The notes beneath the pieces were generated by a model. It made no database searches and was not told the DNA's origin. It saw nothing but the letters and a program-made list of their open reading frames with translations. 64,000 nt of DNA from an uncultured Chthonomonadaceae bacterium (GTDB taxonomy: Bacteria; Armatimonadota; Chthonomonadetes; Chthonomonadales; Chthonomonadaceae): assembly GCA_963817895.1 (NCBI GenBank), contig CAWFQB010000007.1, positions 1 through 64,000 of the forward strand. The letters are read 5' to 3'. Below, one piece after another: positions 49,865 to 59,884 of this stretch; positions within the stretch are counted from its first letter, which is position 1; each line of letters opens with the position of its first letter. The translations under genes were made by a program, and so were the position numbers.

Positions 49865-50824
49865 TCACGGTGTTTTGGAAGCGAGGGCGCTGGTACGCAG
49901 AAATAGCGTAAAATAATGGCGTTTCTGCATTACCTCGTCATGCGGTAAATCCAGCGTGTGGATGAACAGCGGACGGCGGGGCGTAAGCAGCGTCTCGTTC
50001 AGGTTGGGTTCCAGAATCGTCTCGAACGCGACATGCCGCTGCCGCAACAGCGTAAGCAGTTGAAAGTTGGCGGATGCCAGATGCTCCGTGAACAGACTGA
50101 CAAGCCGATGCGCCGAATTGCGTTTGGCCCAATCCGCGAACGCCTCCAATTCGCCATAGGAGGCGTCGAACAGCAGCACGTCACGGATAGCGTCCTCCAT
50201 GCCTCCATGTTTCAGGATCGCGCCCGTTACGAGATAGCCGCCGCTGTGCGCGCTCAGGGCGATATGGCCGATACGCGCCGTATGGATTTTGCCCTCCGAA
50301 ACCAGAAACGCTGTAATCTCCTTCATCAGCGCGGCAAACGCGCCGGTTTCGTGTTCCAGTTTGCCGCCGCCCGAATCCTGCGCGTCCTTTGGTCCCTGCG
50401 GCACGATCAGAATCGCGTTACACTTGCTTTGCGCTATCTGCTGCCGCAACTCGTAACGATCCAGTACCTGCGCCACATGGTTGGACCAGCCATGAAAATG
50501 AACGACATAATCTACAGTCTCGGAGGGGTGGTAGTCGGCGGGAATAAAAATACCGACCGTGCTGTCGTTGTAGTGAGTGGCGGCATCATAAACCGTTTTG
50601 TCGTAGACATGGCCTTTGGCGCGGCTTTCGTGTGGGTAGGGCGAATTGTTAAACGGATGCAGCAGCGTTTGTCCGTCCGGCGTGGAAATCCAGCGCCCGG
50701 TATCGCTGCCCTCTTTGCCGCCGGCTTTCGTTTGGGCGCGCGCTTCCGTCATGCAAATCCTCGCCACAAGGAACAGCAGCATACACAGGGCAGATACAAG
50801 CCCTGCCTGATACCTGTGTTTCAA
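49865..50824 (-). CDS. Secreted alpha/beta-hydrolase-like hypothetical protein
   Basis: Signal peptide; VVHFHGW; LSAHSGGY nucleophile-elbow-like motif; LFDASY; GGAGG RBS before TTG 50824. Confidence 0.7.
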   Translation of the reverse strand: MKHRYQAGLVSALCMLLFLVARICMTEARAQTKAGGKEGSDTGRWISTPDGQTLLHPFNNSPYPHESRAKGHVYDKTVYDAATHYNDSTVGIFIPADYHPSETVDYVVHFHGWSNHVAQVLDRYELRQQIAQSKCNAILIVPQGPKDAQDSGGGKLEHETGAFAALMKEITAFLVSEGKIHTARIGHIALSAHSGGYLVTGAILKHGGMEDAIRDVLLFDASYGELEAFADWAKRNSAHRLVSLFTEHLASANFQLLTLLRQRHVAFETILEPNLNETLLTPRRPLFIHTLDLPHDEVMQKRHYFTLFLRTSALASKTP

Positions 50825-51162
50825 CTTGCCTCCTGTCTGCCTGGCGGCAGCGCTTCGGGTTCGTTCACGCCAGTATGTGGCTGAAAGCGCAGGGTTGTCA
50901 GCAACGTGTAGGCCGCGTTTCTTCCTGTCCGCCACGCCTGTTCCTGTTCCTCCCGACTGGCGGGAAGCGACGGCGCAAAAGCAATGTTCTCGAATTCGCG
51001 GAGGGCGGGCGCGCTACTCCCCGGCAGTTCCGCCAGCGTTTTCAGGGTAAACGCGCGCCAGTCCCTGAAGCGGGGCGTGTCCGCGTCGGCAAAATTCAGG
51101 GTGCTAAGTTCGGCCAGACAATGGCTCAGGGCAGTCAGGGTACGGGGTTGATTCATGGACAC
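50821..51162 (-). CDS. Small hypothetical helical protein
   Basis: 113-aa ORF with GAGG RBS; its stop overlaps the next start (TTGA). Confidence 0.5.
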   Translation of the reverse strand: MSMNQPRTLTALSHCLAELSTLNFADADTPRFRDWRAFTLKTLAELPGSSAPALREFENIAFAPSLPASREEQEQAWRTGRNAAYTLLTTLRFQPHTGVNEPEALPPGRQEAS

Positions 51163-51320
51163 AGCCTCATTCAGTTGTCATTACATTCATCAGGCAGCCG
51201 CCCCGCCTTTGGTTGGCAGAAACAGCCTGTTATCGCCCTGTACGCCCTTGTCAGGTTTGTTACTCTCTCAAATCAGTATCAGTATACCGGAAACACCGGA
51301 CGGATTGAGGTTATAGTGTA

Positions 51321-51355
51321 ACCAATCACCAGCCACGAGCCACCAATCACCAACC
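51321..51355. repeat. Heptamer array (CACCAAT/CACCAGC-like)
   Basis: accaatcaccagccacgagccaccaatcaccaacc, same unit family as 42538-42571. Confidence 0.55.
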
Positions 51356-51490
51356 AAAAGAGGAACCTTTCCCGCTAACGGCGAACATTAGGGCGCGTCT
51401 ATCGTATAGACTGTTTCCGCCCCTGATTGTTAAGAAACGGGCTTGCCGCCCTGATTCGTTCCGCCCGATGCGCCGAAAGGAAAGACCCGA

Positions 51491-53714
51491 ATGTGTTGTA
51501 AGTTCGGTTATGTGCTGACCACTGTGCTTTTGTTTGCGATGGCAGGCCGCGTTCCCGCCCAAAACACGCCCCCTTCCGAGGCCGATAGTTTTACGTTTCT
51601 GGATGTCACCGACCTGCACGTAAGTTCTCCGGGCAGCATCGAAGCCCTGCGCAAACTGGCGGATGAGGCCACGCAAATGTCGCCAAAACCCGCCTTTGTT
51701 GTCGCGAATGGCGATTTGACCGAAACCGGAACGCCCGCAGAACTCGCCAAACTAAAAGAGGCCATCGCGCCCTTAGAGCAGGCGGGTATCAAGTTTCACG
51801 CCGTTCCCGGCAATTATGATGTGCGCTGGTCGCCGGACGGCAAGGAGAGTTTCGAGCGCGCGTTCGGCAAAACATACCAATCGTTCGATCACAACGGGGC
51901 GCACTTTATACTGCTGGATACGACTGTCGCCTTAGAGCATTGGGGACATCTGGACAAGGCGGAACTGGACTGGCTGAAAAAAGACCTGACCAAAGTGAAG
52001 CCGCAAACGCCCCTGTTTGTCTTCATGCACCACTGGATCGGGCGCGACCGTCCGAGTGTTCGCGTAATTGACAACGAGTTCGATCTGGTTCCCATTCTGC
52101 GCAACCGCAACGTCGTCGCCATCTTTACGGGACACGGGCGGCAGGATTTGGCATGGCAAACCAACGGCGCGCGAACCTTCATGTCGGAGGGCCTGTATCA
52201 GGAACACGGCTCGTACTACCGCGTCAATGTTTCCAAATTGCTGGTTACGCTGGACAGGCAATTCCTCAAAACGGCGGGCGAACCGTTCCACGCCACCATC
52301 CCCATCGCCAACAAGTCGCATCCCTCCGTTCTCAAAGCCGAATGGGACGATCCCGACAATGCGTTTTTGTCCCGCCGCCGCCCGCAGGCCAGCCTGAACC
52401 CGCGCGCCGTCACCGACAATCCCGACAAAGAGACGGCGGAATACCGCATTGACGACGGCCCGTACCGCCCCCTGCTCAAAGACAAGCGCGACCTGTGGCG
52501 GCAGCAGTTCGAGACAAAAGACATTGCGATTGGCGTTCACACAACCGATGTGCGCCTGACCACGAGCAACAACGTCACGTATGAAGACGAACTTATCTTC
52601 GAGTTGGAGCGCAACAACAACGAACCCACGCAAAAATGGGCGATCAATTTAGACGGCCCGATTCAGTCCACGCCCCTTCTGGTGGAAGACGCGCTCTACG
52701 TCAGTTCCAACGACGGCAAATGCTACGCGCTGGAACTGGCAAAGGGCAAAAAACGCTGGACGTTCCCCACCAAAGGGCAGTTCCTCGCCTCGCCCGTCCT
52801 GGACGGCAACACGCTGTATCTCGGCTCGACAGACCACTATCTGTACGCGCTGGATTCGGGCAGCGGGCGGCAAAAATGGCGATATGATACGGGCGGGCCG
52901 GTTTTCGCCACCGCCGCGGTCGCGCAGGGCGTAGTTTGCGTGGGCGCGAAGGGCAAAATCGTGGGCGTGGACATCAATTCGGGCAAAATGCGGTGGTCGG
53001 TTCCCACTACAGCCCTGTTCCAGTCCCGCGCCGCTACGGACGGCAACACGTTCTACTTAGGCGGCTGGGACAATACCCTGTACGCCATTGACGCCACAAA
53101 CGGCAATACGCGCTGGACAGCCCGCATGGGCTACGACAAGAACAAGCAGCTATTGCCCACCTACTCGCCCGCGATTTCTTCCCCCACCCTCGCCAACAAC
53201 CGCGTGTTCATCTGCTCCAACGACGGCATCCTCCACGCCGTAAACGCGCAAACGGGCAAGGATGCGTGGACAGCCGCCGCGCCCACCAGTTCCGACTCGT
53301 TCGGCTACTCCACGCCCGCCGTCGTCGGCCCCTTCATCTACCTTGCCGGATTGGGCAAAAACGGCGACGTGTACTGTCTGGACGCGGGTACGGGCAGCAT
53401 TACATGGCGAGTCTCTACCGGACAAACCATCTACGACTCGTCGCCCGCATCTCGCCCCCGACGGCAAAACGTTCGCCATCATGGGCGTTCGGGGCCGCGT
53501 CTCGGTTCTGGACAGCCGAACGGGCAAGCGGGTGTGGGGCTACGAACTCGGACCGGGCAACATCTTCTCCACCCCGGAATACGACGGCCAACACCTCTAC
53601 ACCACCACAATGGCAAACGACGTGCAGTGTATCAACGCGCCCGGCGTGGGCGGAACCGAACGCCGCCAACCCCGCGCGCCCGCCACCGACACGCCGGGAA
53701 CAACCGCGAAGTAA
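51491..53714 (+). CDS. Secreted metallophosphoesterase fused to a PQQ-type beta-propeller (BamB-like repeats); frameshift near 53450
   Basis: TDLH, NGDL, GNYD, MHH, GHGR; repeated S.P....YA.D..G..W units; the last blades continue in the 53262-53714 frame. Confidence 0.85.
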
Positions 53715-53722
53715 AAGACAAG

Positions 53723-53856
53723 AATATTTCACCACCAGAGACACCAAGGACACCAAGAAATACAAAGGAGAAAGACTTCGATTATCATTGACCTCAATAT
53801 ATCTGCTTCTCTTCTTTTCTCTCTTGGTGTACTTGGTGTCTTGGTGGTGAAATATT
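53723..53856. repeat. 9-mer inverted-repeat element (CACCAAGxx)n ... (CTTGGTGxx)n
   Basis: aatatttcaccaccagagacaccaaggacaccaag / cttggtgtacttggtgtcttggtggtgaaatatt between convergent genes. Confidence 0.8.
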
Positions 53857-53879
53857 TTTCGTGTTCTTCTCTCCGTGGT

Positions 53880-54628
53880 TTACTTGTTTTTGAGGTTTGC
53901 GGCGGCGGATTGGTCGAGGAACCAGGTCAGTTCGCCGTTTGTCGGCTGCACGGCCTGCGCGGGCAGGCTGTCGAAGTCCTCCGGGCCTTCCAGAATGGCG
54001 GCTACTTTGTCGGCTTTGTCGGCCTTGTCCACGAGAAACAGGACATGCGCGGCGTTGTTTAGAGACGGGATAGGTCAGGGTGATGCGCGGCACGAAAGGC
54101 TTCAGGCCGGGTTCGGTTACGACGGCAAGGCGGGTTTGTTCATGCAGGGCGGGCTTGTGGGGGAACAGGGACGCGGTATGGCCGTCCGGCCCCATGCCGA
54201 GCAGAATCAGGTCGAAGCGCGGCAGTTGTCCCGGCTGTAGTTGGAAGAAATCGCGGCAGGTCTTCGGAGTACTGCTGCGCGGCAAGGTCGTGGTCGGGCA
54301 GGTCGGCGGGAATGCGATGAATATTAGAAATCGGTAGGGGCGTCTTCGAGAACAGCGCGGTTTGCGCCATCTTGAAATTGCTGTCGTCGCTGTCCGGGGA
54401 TACGCAGCGCTCGTCCCCGAAGAACAGATGTATCTTTCCCCAATCTATGGTATTGTAGGGCGGTTCCGTCAGCAGGCCGTACATTGCGGCAGGTGTGCGC
54501 CCACCGGCAAGCGCGACGGTAAACGGTTCTCCAATTCGCTCTCTGGCGGTATACAATTGCAGCAAATGGTCAGCCGCCGCCCGCGCAAGTTCGTCGGGCG
54601 TGTCAAAGATGCGAATCGCGCGGTTCAT
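53880..54628 (-). CDS. pgl: 6-phosphogluconolactonase; 2 frameshifts in this sequence
   Basis: [52 protein letters not shown]...LTWFLD across three frames. Confidence 0.88.
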
Positions 54629-54641
54629 ACTCTTCCTTTCA

Positions 54642-54758
54642 GTTCAGGTGTTCAGGTGTTCGGGTGTTCAGGACAATGCATCATTAAACGTCTGTTGGCG
54701 CGGCAAGGTTTATAATTCAGTTCCCGAACACCTGAACACCTGAACACCTGAACACCTG
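54642..54758. repeat. Octamer inverted-repeat element (GTTCAGGT)n ... (ACCTGAAC)n
   Basis: Arms at 54642-54673 and 54722-54758 flank the divergent pgl / ADP-ribosylglycohydrolase promoter region. Confidence 0.85.
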
Positions 54759-54771
54759 TAGAGGAACTTTT

Positions 54772-55545
54772 ATGCTTGGAGCCATTGCCGGGGACATCAT
54801 TGGCAGCGTGTACGAAGTCTCCAATATTCGCACTACGGATTTCCCCCTGTTTATTCCGCAATCGCGGTTTACAGATGATACCGTTCTTTCCATTGCCCTC
54901 GCGCACAGCCTGTTGAATGGCGAAGATTTCACGTTTCTGCTCAAATGGTACTTTCGGCAGTACCCACATGCCGGTTATGGCGGCGCGTTCACGCATTGGG
55001 CCTGGTCGGGCAGCCGGGAACCGTATAATAGTTGGGGCAATGGGTCGGCCATGCGCGTCAGTCCGGTCGGGTGGGCGTTTAATACCATCGAAGACGTATT
55101 GGAACAGGCCAAACGCAGCGCTGAAGTGACCCACAATCACCCGGAAGGCATTCGGGGCGCGCAGGCGATTGCCGCCGCAATTTTCCTTGCGCGTAACAAC
55201 CAGAGCAAGCAGGCGATACGCGCTTACATTGAGGATACCTTTGGATACGCGCTGGATGATACCATTGACAACCTCCGCGCCACCTATAAATTCGATGTTT
55301 CCTGTCAGGGTTCCGTGCCGCAGGCGATTATCGCGTTTCTAGAATCGGACGGTTACGAAGACTGCATCCGCAAAGCCATCTCCATCGGCGGCGACAGCGA
55401 CACGATTGCCTGCATGGCGGGCGGCATTGCCCACGCCTTTTACGGAGCTGTGCCGGAAAACATCAAGCGCGAAATGTACGCGCGTCTGGACGAGCCGCTC
55501 ATTGAAATCACTTTCCAGTTCTGCGAAAAGTTCGGCTGCGGTTAG
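54772..55545 (+). CDS. ADP-ribosylglycohydrolase (DraG/ARH family)
   Basis: MLGAIAGDIIGS.YE, FTDDT, GNGSAMR, THNHPEG, GGDSDT. Confidence 0.93.
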   Translation: MLGAIAGDIIGSVYEVSNIRTTDFPLFIPQSRFTDDTVLSIALAHSLLNGEDFTFLLKWYFRQYPHAGYGGAFTHWAWSGSREPYNSWGNGSAMRVSPVGWAFNTIEDVLEQAKRSAEVTHNHPEGIRGAQAIAAAIFLARNNQSKQAIRAYIEDTFGYALDDTIDNLRATYKFDVSCQGSVPQAIIAFLESDGYEDCIRKAISIGGDSDTIACMAGGIAHAFYGAVPENIKREMYARLDEPLIEITFQFCEKFGCG

Positions 55546-55791
55546 GAAAATAACAGCCGCGAATGAACGCGAATAAACGCCAATGGAAAGTTAAATTTGA
55601 CTTCCCTCTTCTGATTGCGTATCATTATAATGGTAATATGGCGACTTCCTGCGCATTCACATTCGCGCTTGAAACAACCGCCTGATTTCGGCGTCTACAA
55701 TAGTAGCGCGGAGCAGTTTGCTTCGCGTCATTTGCGCATGGATTCTAGCTGTGAATTACGGTAGCTATTCAGCCCTTTCTCATAATTTTAG

Positions 55792-55856
55792 AATAGCCCC
55801 TCTCCCAGATTTTTAGGAGAGGGTGTCCACAAGTGGACGCCCGGAGTGAGGGCAAT
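55792..55856. repeat. REP-like element
   Basis: cccctctccc..ggagaggg then tgtccacaagtggacg..tgagggc; inverted relative of 40065. Confidence 0.6.
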
Positions 55857-55891
55857 AGTTACGATTTCCCACTATATTTTTCGAGGAGTGT

Positions 55892-56872
55892 GTGATGCCC
55901 GTTCGTTCTTTGTCGCGCGTATCGTTGCGCAAGAGTTGTGTTCGCGTTGCTTCGCTGCTGAGTTTGGCAATGGTGGCCTGTGTTGGCAATATTCGTCCCG
56001 TGCGGGCGGATGGCAAATCCGCGCTGCCTCCGGGCGCGGGCGAGTTCAAGATGACCAAGCCCGTGCAGACGTTTTCGCCCGCCACGCTGGAAAACCACAT
56101 TGACGGGCAGGCCGAGTCCGTCAAGAAATACGATTTCAAGCAGTGCGATTACGCCGAATATGCCCCCGGCGGCAAGGGTACGCAACTGATAACGGTTGAC
56201 ATTTACACGATGGGCAGCCCGCTCGACAGCTACGGCTACTACAGCTATCAGCTGGGGCCGAGCGCGAAGGGCGTGAAGTTCCTGAAATTGGGGAATGTGG
56301 AGGGGTATCAGACGGGCGACAGCGTGAACTTCTGGAAGGGGCCGTACTACGTGGTCATCACGAACACAACCGCGAACGCGCCGCCCAGTTTTGCCGCCAC
56401 CATGCCCAAAATCGCTTCCGCCGTCGCCGCCAAACTGACCGGAGCGCAAACCCCGCCTGCGGGACTTGCCTCCCTTCTAACCGCCCTGCCGCCCGGTTAC
56501 ACGCCCCATTCCGAGGTGTATCAGCGCACGGACGTTTTCGCGCAGACGTTTTTGAAGAACGGCATCGTGGCGAAGTACCCGACAGCGGGGCCGCAGTCCG
56601 AGGCTTTTGTCGTTCAGTTGCCCTCTGCGGACGCGGCGAAACAGGCGTACACGCAGTATTCGGCCTATTTGACGCAGCCCACGCGGGTCGCCATCGGCGC
56701 AAAACCGCAGCCCCTGACCGGAATTGGCAGCGGCGCGGTTGTGGTGCGCTCGAAAGTGAGCGGCTTTTACGGGGCGGCGCAAAGCGGCAAGTACGTCATT
56801 GGCATCCGCCGCGCCAAGGATGCGGCCGCCGCGCAAACATGGCTCAAAACCGCTACCGCCAAACTGAAATAG
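55892..56872 (+). CDS. Secreted/periplasmic DUF6599-like protein
   Basis: Signal peptide; L..HIDGQAE....Y.F; VDIY.MG...DSYG.YS; FWKG.YYV. Confidence 0.7.
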   Translation: MMPVRSLSRVSLRKSCVRVASLLSLAMVACVGNIRPVRADGKSALPPGAGEFKMTKPVQTFSPATLENHIDGQAESVKKYDFKQCDYAEYAPGGKGTQLITVDIYTMGSPLDSYGYYSYQLGPSAKGVKFLKLGNVEGYQTGDSVNFWKGPYYVVITNTTANAPPSFAATMPKIASAVAAKLTGAQTPPAGLASLLTALPPGYTPHSEVYQRTDVFAQTFLKNGIVAKYPTAGPQSEAFVVQLPSADAAKQAYTQYSAYLTQPTRVAIGAKPQPLTGIGSGAVVVRSKVSGFYGAAQSGKYVIGIRRAKDAAAAQTWLKTATAKLK

Positions 56873-56926
56873 TTGCCTGATCGCTTGCCACAATGCCGCA
56901 ACGTCTTTGAAGGACCTCAACGCACT

Positions 56927-57343
56927 ATGACCGCGCGAGGTTTGTATCATAAAGACGTCAGAAACGCGCTGATTAAAGATGGCTGGACGATTACCGACGA
57001 TCCTCTGCGCCTGGAGTGGGGGCGCAAGGATGTTTATGTTGATCTCGGAGCCGAGCAAATATTGGGCGCGGAAAAAGAGCAGCGCAAGATTGCTGTGGAA
57101 ATTAAAAGTTTTATTGGCACTTCCGAAGTGCGCGATTTGGAGTTAGCCTTTGGACAGTACATGCTTTACCTCAACATTCTTTTAGATGTTGAACCGGATC
57201 GGCAAATATACCTTGCGGTCAGCAGCATCAAGTATGTCGAAATTTTTGAAGACTCGTTGGGCAAACTGCTTCTCAACAAAGGAGTCGTTCGCCTGCTTGT
57301 CTTTGATCCAAAAACGGAGAGCATTAAGCAATGGATACCTTGA
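56927..57343 (+). CDS. xisH: XisH-family protein (PD-(D/E)XK-like)
   Basis: V..ALIKDGWTITDDPL, DLGAE, IAVEIKSF, A.GQY..Y, EPDR..YLAV. Confidence 0.92.
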   Translation: MTARGLYHKDVRNALIKDGWTITDDPLRLEWGRKDVYVDLGAEQILGAEKEQRKIAVEIKSFIGTSEVRDLELAFGQYMLYLNILLDVEPDRQIYLAVSSIKYVEIFEDSLGKLLLNKGVVRLLVFDPKTESIKQWIP

Positions 57344-57669
57344 ACGAGTACCGCAGTTTGGTGGAAGCGGCGCTTACAGAGCAGACCCGCGTTCCTTTTT
57401 CCAGAGGCGATATTGGTATTGAAACAGTGTTTGACCGTGAAGCGGACCGCTATCTTGTTATGCTCGTCGGCTATAACGCGCAGCAACGGCGCGTACATGG
57501 CTGTCTGGTTCATGTAGATATTCTGGATGGTAAACTCTGGATACAGCGCGATGGCACGGAAAATGGCGTTGCGAATGACTTTTTGGAAGCGGGCATTCCG
57601 AAGGATAGAATTGTGCTTGCCTTTCATTCGCCTGCTGAACGTCAACACACTGAATTTGCCGTCGCCTGA
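57331..57669 (+). CDS. xisI: XisI-family protein
   Basis: FD...DRYL; RVHGCLVHVDI.DGKLWIQRDGTE.G.A..LEAGIPKDRIVLAFH. Confidence 0.92.
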   Translation: MDTLNEYRSLVEAALTEQTRVPFSRGDIGIETVFDREADRYLVMLVGYNAQQRRVHGCLVHVDILDGKLWIQRDGTENGVANDFLEAGIPKDRIVLAFHSPAERQHTEFAVA

Positions 57670-57737
57670 TGTTGTTCACGCAACAGATAAATTGAGGTTC
57701 GAACCGGCTAAGAAAACGGAACGCTTGCGGAAACGAT

Positions 57738-58808
57738 ATGGATATAAAGCAGTGCTATTCCATCCTTGTTGTGGATGTGGGCGCCTCGTTACAGGAAGTG
57801 AAAGTCGCGTATCGCGATCTGGCGCAAGTGTGGCATCCTGACCGCTTTCAGAACTCGCCGCGCTTGCAGGCCAAAGCCGCAGAACAGATGAAGCAGATCA
57901 ATGCGGCGTATGAGATGCTGACAAAACATCTTGCCGCGCCGCGAACAACGCCGACACAGGCAAAGCGGCCATCCAAACCCGCGCATGCAGAGCCGGTACA
58001 TTCGGATTGGTCAACGGCGCAGGCCAGTTTCCATGCGGGCAAGGCTTGCTACGACGCCAGAAACTACCCGGAAGCCATCTCGAACTTTCAAACGGCCATT
58101 GACCTGAACCCGCGCTATGAAGAGGCTTACAAACATCTTGCAATGTCGTTTAGCCGTTGCAGTCGCTACGAGGAGGGGTTAGCGGTATGGAAGAAACTGC
58201 TGACGATAAACTCCAACAACGCTTCCGCCTACATGGGACTGGCAGGCATCTACAAAAGCTATGCGTCACAAAGTGAAACCGGTGGGGATGACGCAAGCCG
58301 AAAGCGCTTTTTGGAACAGGCCTTAGCAGCGTACAAGCAGTATGTTCGGTTGCGCTCACAGGAGCCGGACGGCCATTTTTCTCTGGGCGAAACACACTAC
58401 CAACTGGGCAATTTTCGAGAAGCGGCAGAATCGTATAAACGAGTTTTGAAACTTGATCCGATTTCGGAGGGCGCGAATTTCAATCTCGGCTGCGCCTATT
58501 TCAGTCTTGGCGAGTACATGCTTGCCATCGAGTTTTTGCAGCAGGGCATCCGCATTTCGCGTTATAATCTGAGCGGTTCGTGGACAATGCTTGGACGCGC
58601 CTTCATGAAGATCGGCTGGATAAAGCAGGCCGTTGACGCTTATAAAAAGGCCATACATATCAATTCCAGAGACGCCGATGCCCACTCCGGTCTGGGCGAG
58701 GCGTATCTGGCGACGCATAATAAAGCCGCCGTTCTGGAAGTAGTCAACGTTCTGAAACAACTTGATGCCGCAAAAGCAGAGGAACTGTACCAGCAGACAT
58801 TCTCTTAA
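57738..58808 (+). CDS. J-domain (HPD) plus TPR-repeat protein
   Basis: AYRDLAQVWHPDRF..INAAY; multiple TPR motifs. Confidence 0.9.
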   Translation: MDIKQCYSILVVDVGASLQEVKVAYRDLAQVWHPDRFQNSPRLQAKAAEQMKQINAAYEMLTKHLAAPRTTPTQAKRPSKPAHAEPVHSDWSTAQASFHAGKACYDARNYPEAISNFQTAIDLNPRYEEAYKHLAMSFSRCSRYEEGLAVWKKLLTINSNNASAYMGLAGIYKSYASQSETGGDDASRKRFLEQALAAYKQYVRLRSQEPDGHFSLGETHYQLGNFREAAESYKRVLKLDPISEGANFNLGCAYFSLGEYMLAIEFLQQGIRISRYNLSGSWTMLGRAFMKIGWIKQAVDAYKKAIHINSRDADAHSGLGEAYLATHNKAAVLEVVNVLKQLDAAKAEELYQQTFS

Positions 58809-58826
58809 CCAGTTATGTAACTCATT

Positions 58827-59378
58827 ATGACAACGAAGATGAAAGCCACAATTGACGACCTGTACCGCATACCGGAAAACGGAAAAGCGGAGTTGGTCAA
58901 TGGAGAGATCGTTCTTATGCCGCCAACAGGAGCCTTTCCCGGACGCGCGGGCGGAGAAGTTTACGTCAGTTTGCGCCTGCATGAGCGGAACGTTGGCGGT
59001 GGCCGCGCCTATCCTGATAATGTCGGCTTTGTCGTGAATTTGCCGCATCGAGAGTCGTTCAGCCCGGATGCCGCCTGGCATACAGGCCCATCTACGGGTC
59101 TGAAGTTTTTACAGGGAGCGCCCATCTTTGCCACAGAGATACGCAGTGAAAATGACTACGGACCTGCGGCGGAACGCGCGATGGCAGCCAAACGCGCCGA
59201 CTACTTTGCGACGGGAACGCTGGTCGTGTGGGATGTGAATTTAACGAGTACGGATGTCATCAGGAAGTACAGCGCGAGTGACCCGGACAACCCGGTGATC
59301 TTCCGGCGTGGCGACCAAGCCGAAGCCGAGCCTGCGGTTCCCGGCTGGACAATGCCTGTGAATGAACTGTTTACATGA
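58827..59378 (+). CDS. Uma2/DUF820-family endonuclease-fold protein
   Basis: KAELVNGEIV.MPP, SPDAA, EIRSEND, KRADYF..G..VVW, PGW. Confidence 0.9.
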   Translation: MTTKMKATIDDLYRIPENGKAELVNGEIVLMPPTGAFPGRAGGEVYVSLRLHERNVGGGRAYPDNVGFVVNLPHRESFSPDAAWHTGPSTGLKFLQGAPIFATEIRSENDYGPAAERAMAAKRADYFATGTLVVWDVNLTSTDVIRKYSASDPDNPVIFRRGDQAEAEPAVPGWTMPVNELFT

Positions 59379-59432
59379 GAATGGATTTGCGAGATTGCTT
59401 TGACGCTGTTTGTTCTGTTGCTGGAGTTGCCC

Positions 59433-59735
59433 ATGAACGATACAATTACGTGTGAAGAGGTCGAACGCTTCTTTGAGGATTTCGCGACGGAACTGGAAAA
59501 GGGGCAGGCAACCGCGTATGCCCTGCAAAGTTTGGCGTATCAAGAAGGAAATACATTTTTCCGCAGCATCATTGAGGAAGTGTACGAAAGCGTCACTTAT
59601 GGCATGACGCTCACCGACGCGCTGATGCGGCATCCCAGCGTGTTCGATACGGACATTGTGGACGCGGTTCGCGAGGGCGAAGAAAATGGAACGCTTGCGG
59701 AAACGCTGTGCCGGCTCGGTGAAAGCGGCAACTGA
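59433..59735 (+). CDS. Stand-alone T2SS-F/PilC-like domain protein
   Basis: G.TLTDAL..HPSVF......VREGEENGTLAETL; only about 100 aa and no TM segment; GGAG RBS. Confidence 0.65.
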   Translation: MNDTITCEEVERFFEDFATELEKGQATAYALQSLAYQEGNTFFRSIIEEVYESVTYGMTLTDALMRHPSVFDTDIVDAVREGEENGTLAETLCRLGESGN

Positions 59736-59800
59736 ATAGTTGATAGTTCATAGCTAATACATTCCCATTGGCTATAAACTTGAAGCCTATCTTAATAGGT

Positions 59801-59846
59801 TCCCCTTCTCCCACAGTTGGGAGAAGGGGCTAGGGGTTGAGGGCTA
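59801..59846. repeat. REP-like hairpin element, inverted copy of 11272-11320
   Basis: tccccttctcccacagttgggagaaggggctaggggttgagggcta. Confidence 0.75.
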
Positions 59847-59884
59847 ATTGGTATCGGCAATCGGTTTTGAAGGAGAACAAGAAC

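Noticed and set aside
37267..54758. Short repeat arrays as CRISPR arrays
   Set aside because: Units are 7-9 nt and contiguous, with no unique 30-40-nt spacers and no cas genes.
56927..57669. xisH/xisI as evidence of an fdxN-type excision element
   Set aside because: No XisF-like serine recombinase or interrupted target gene is nearby; xisHI pairs commonly occur alone.
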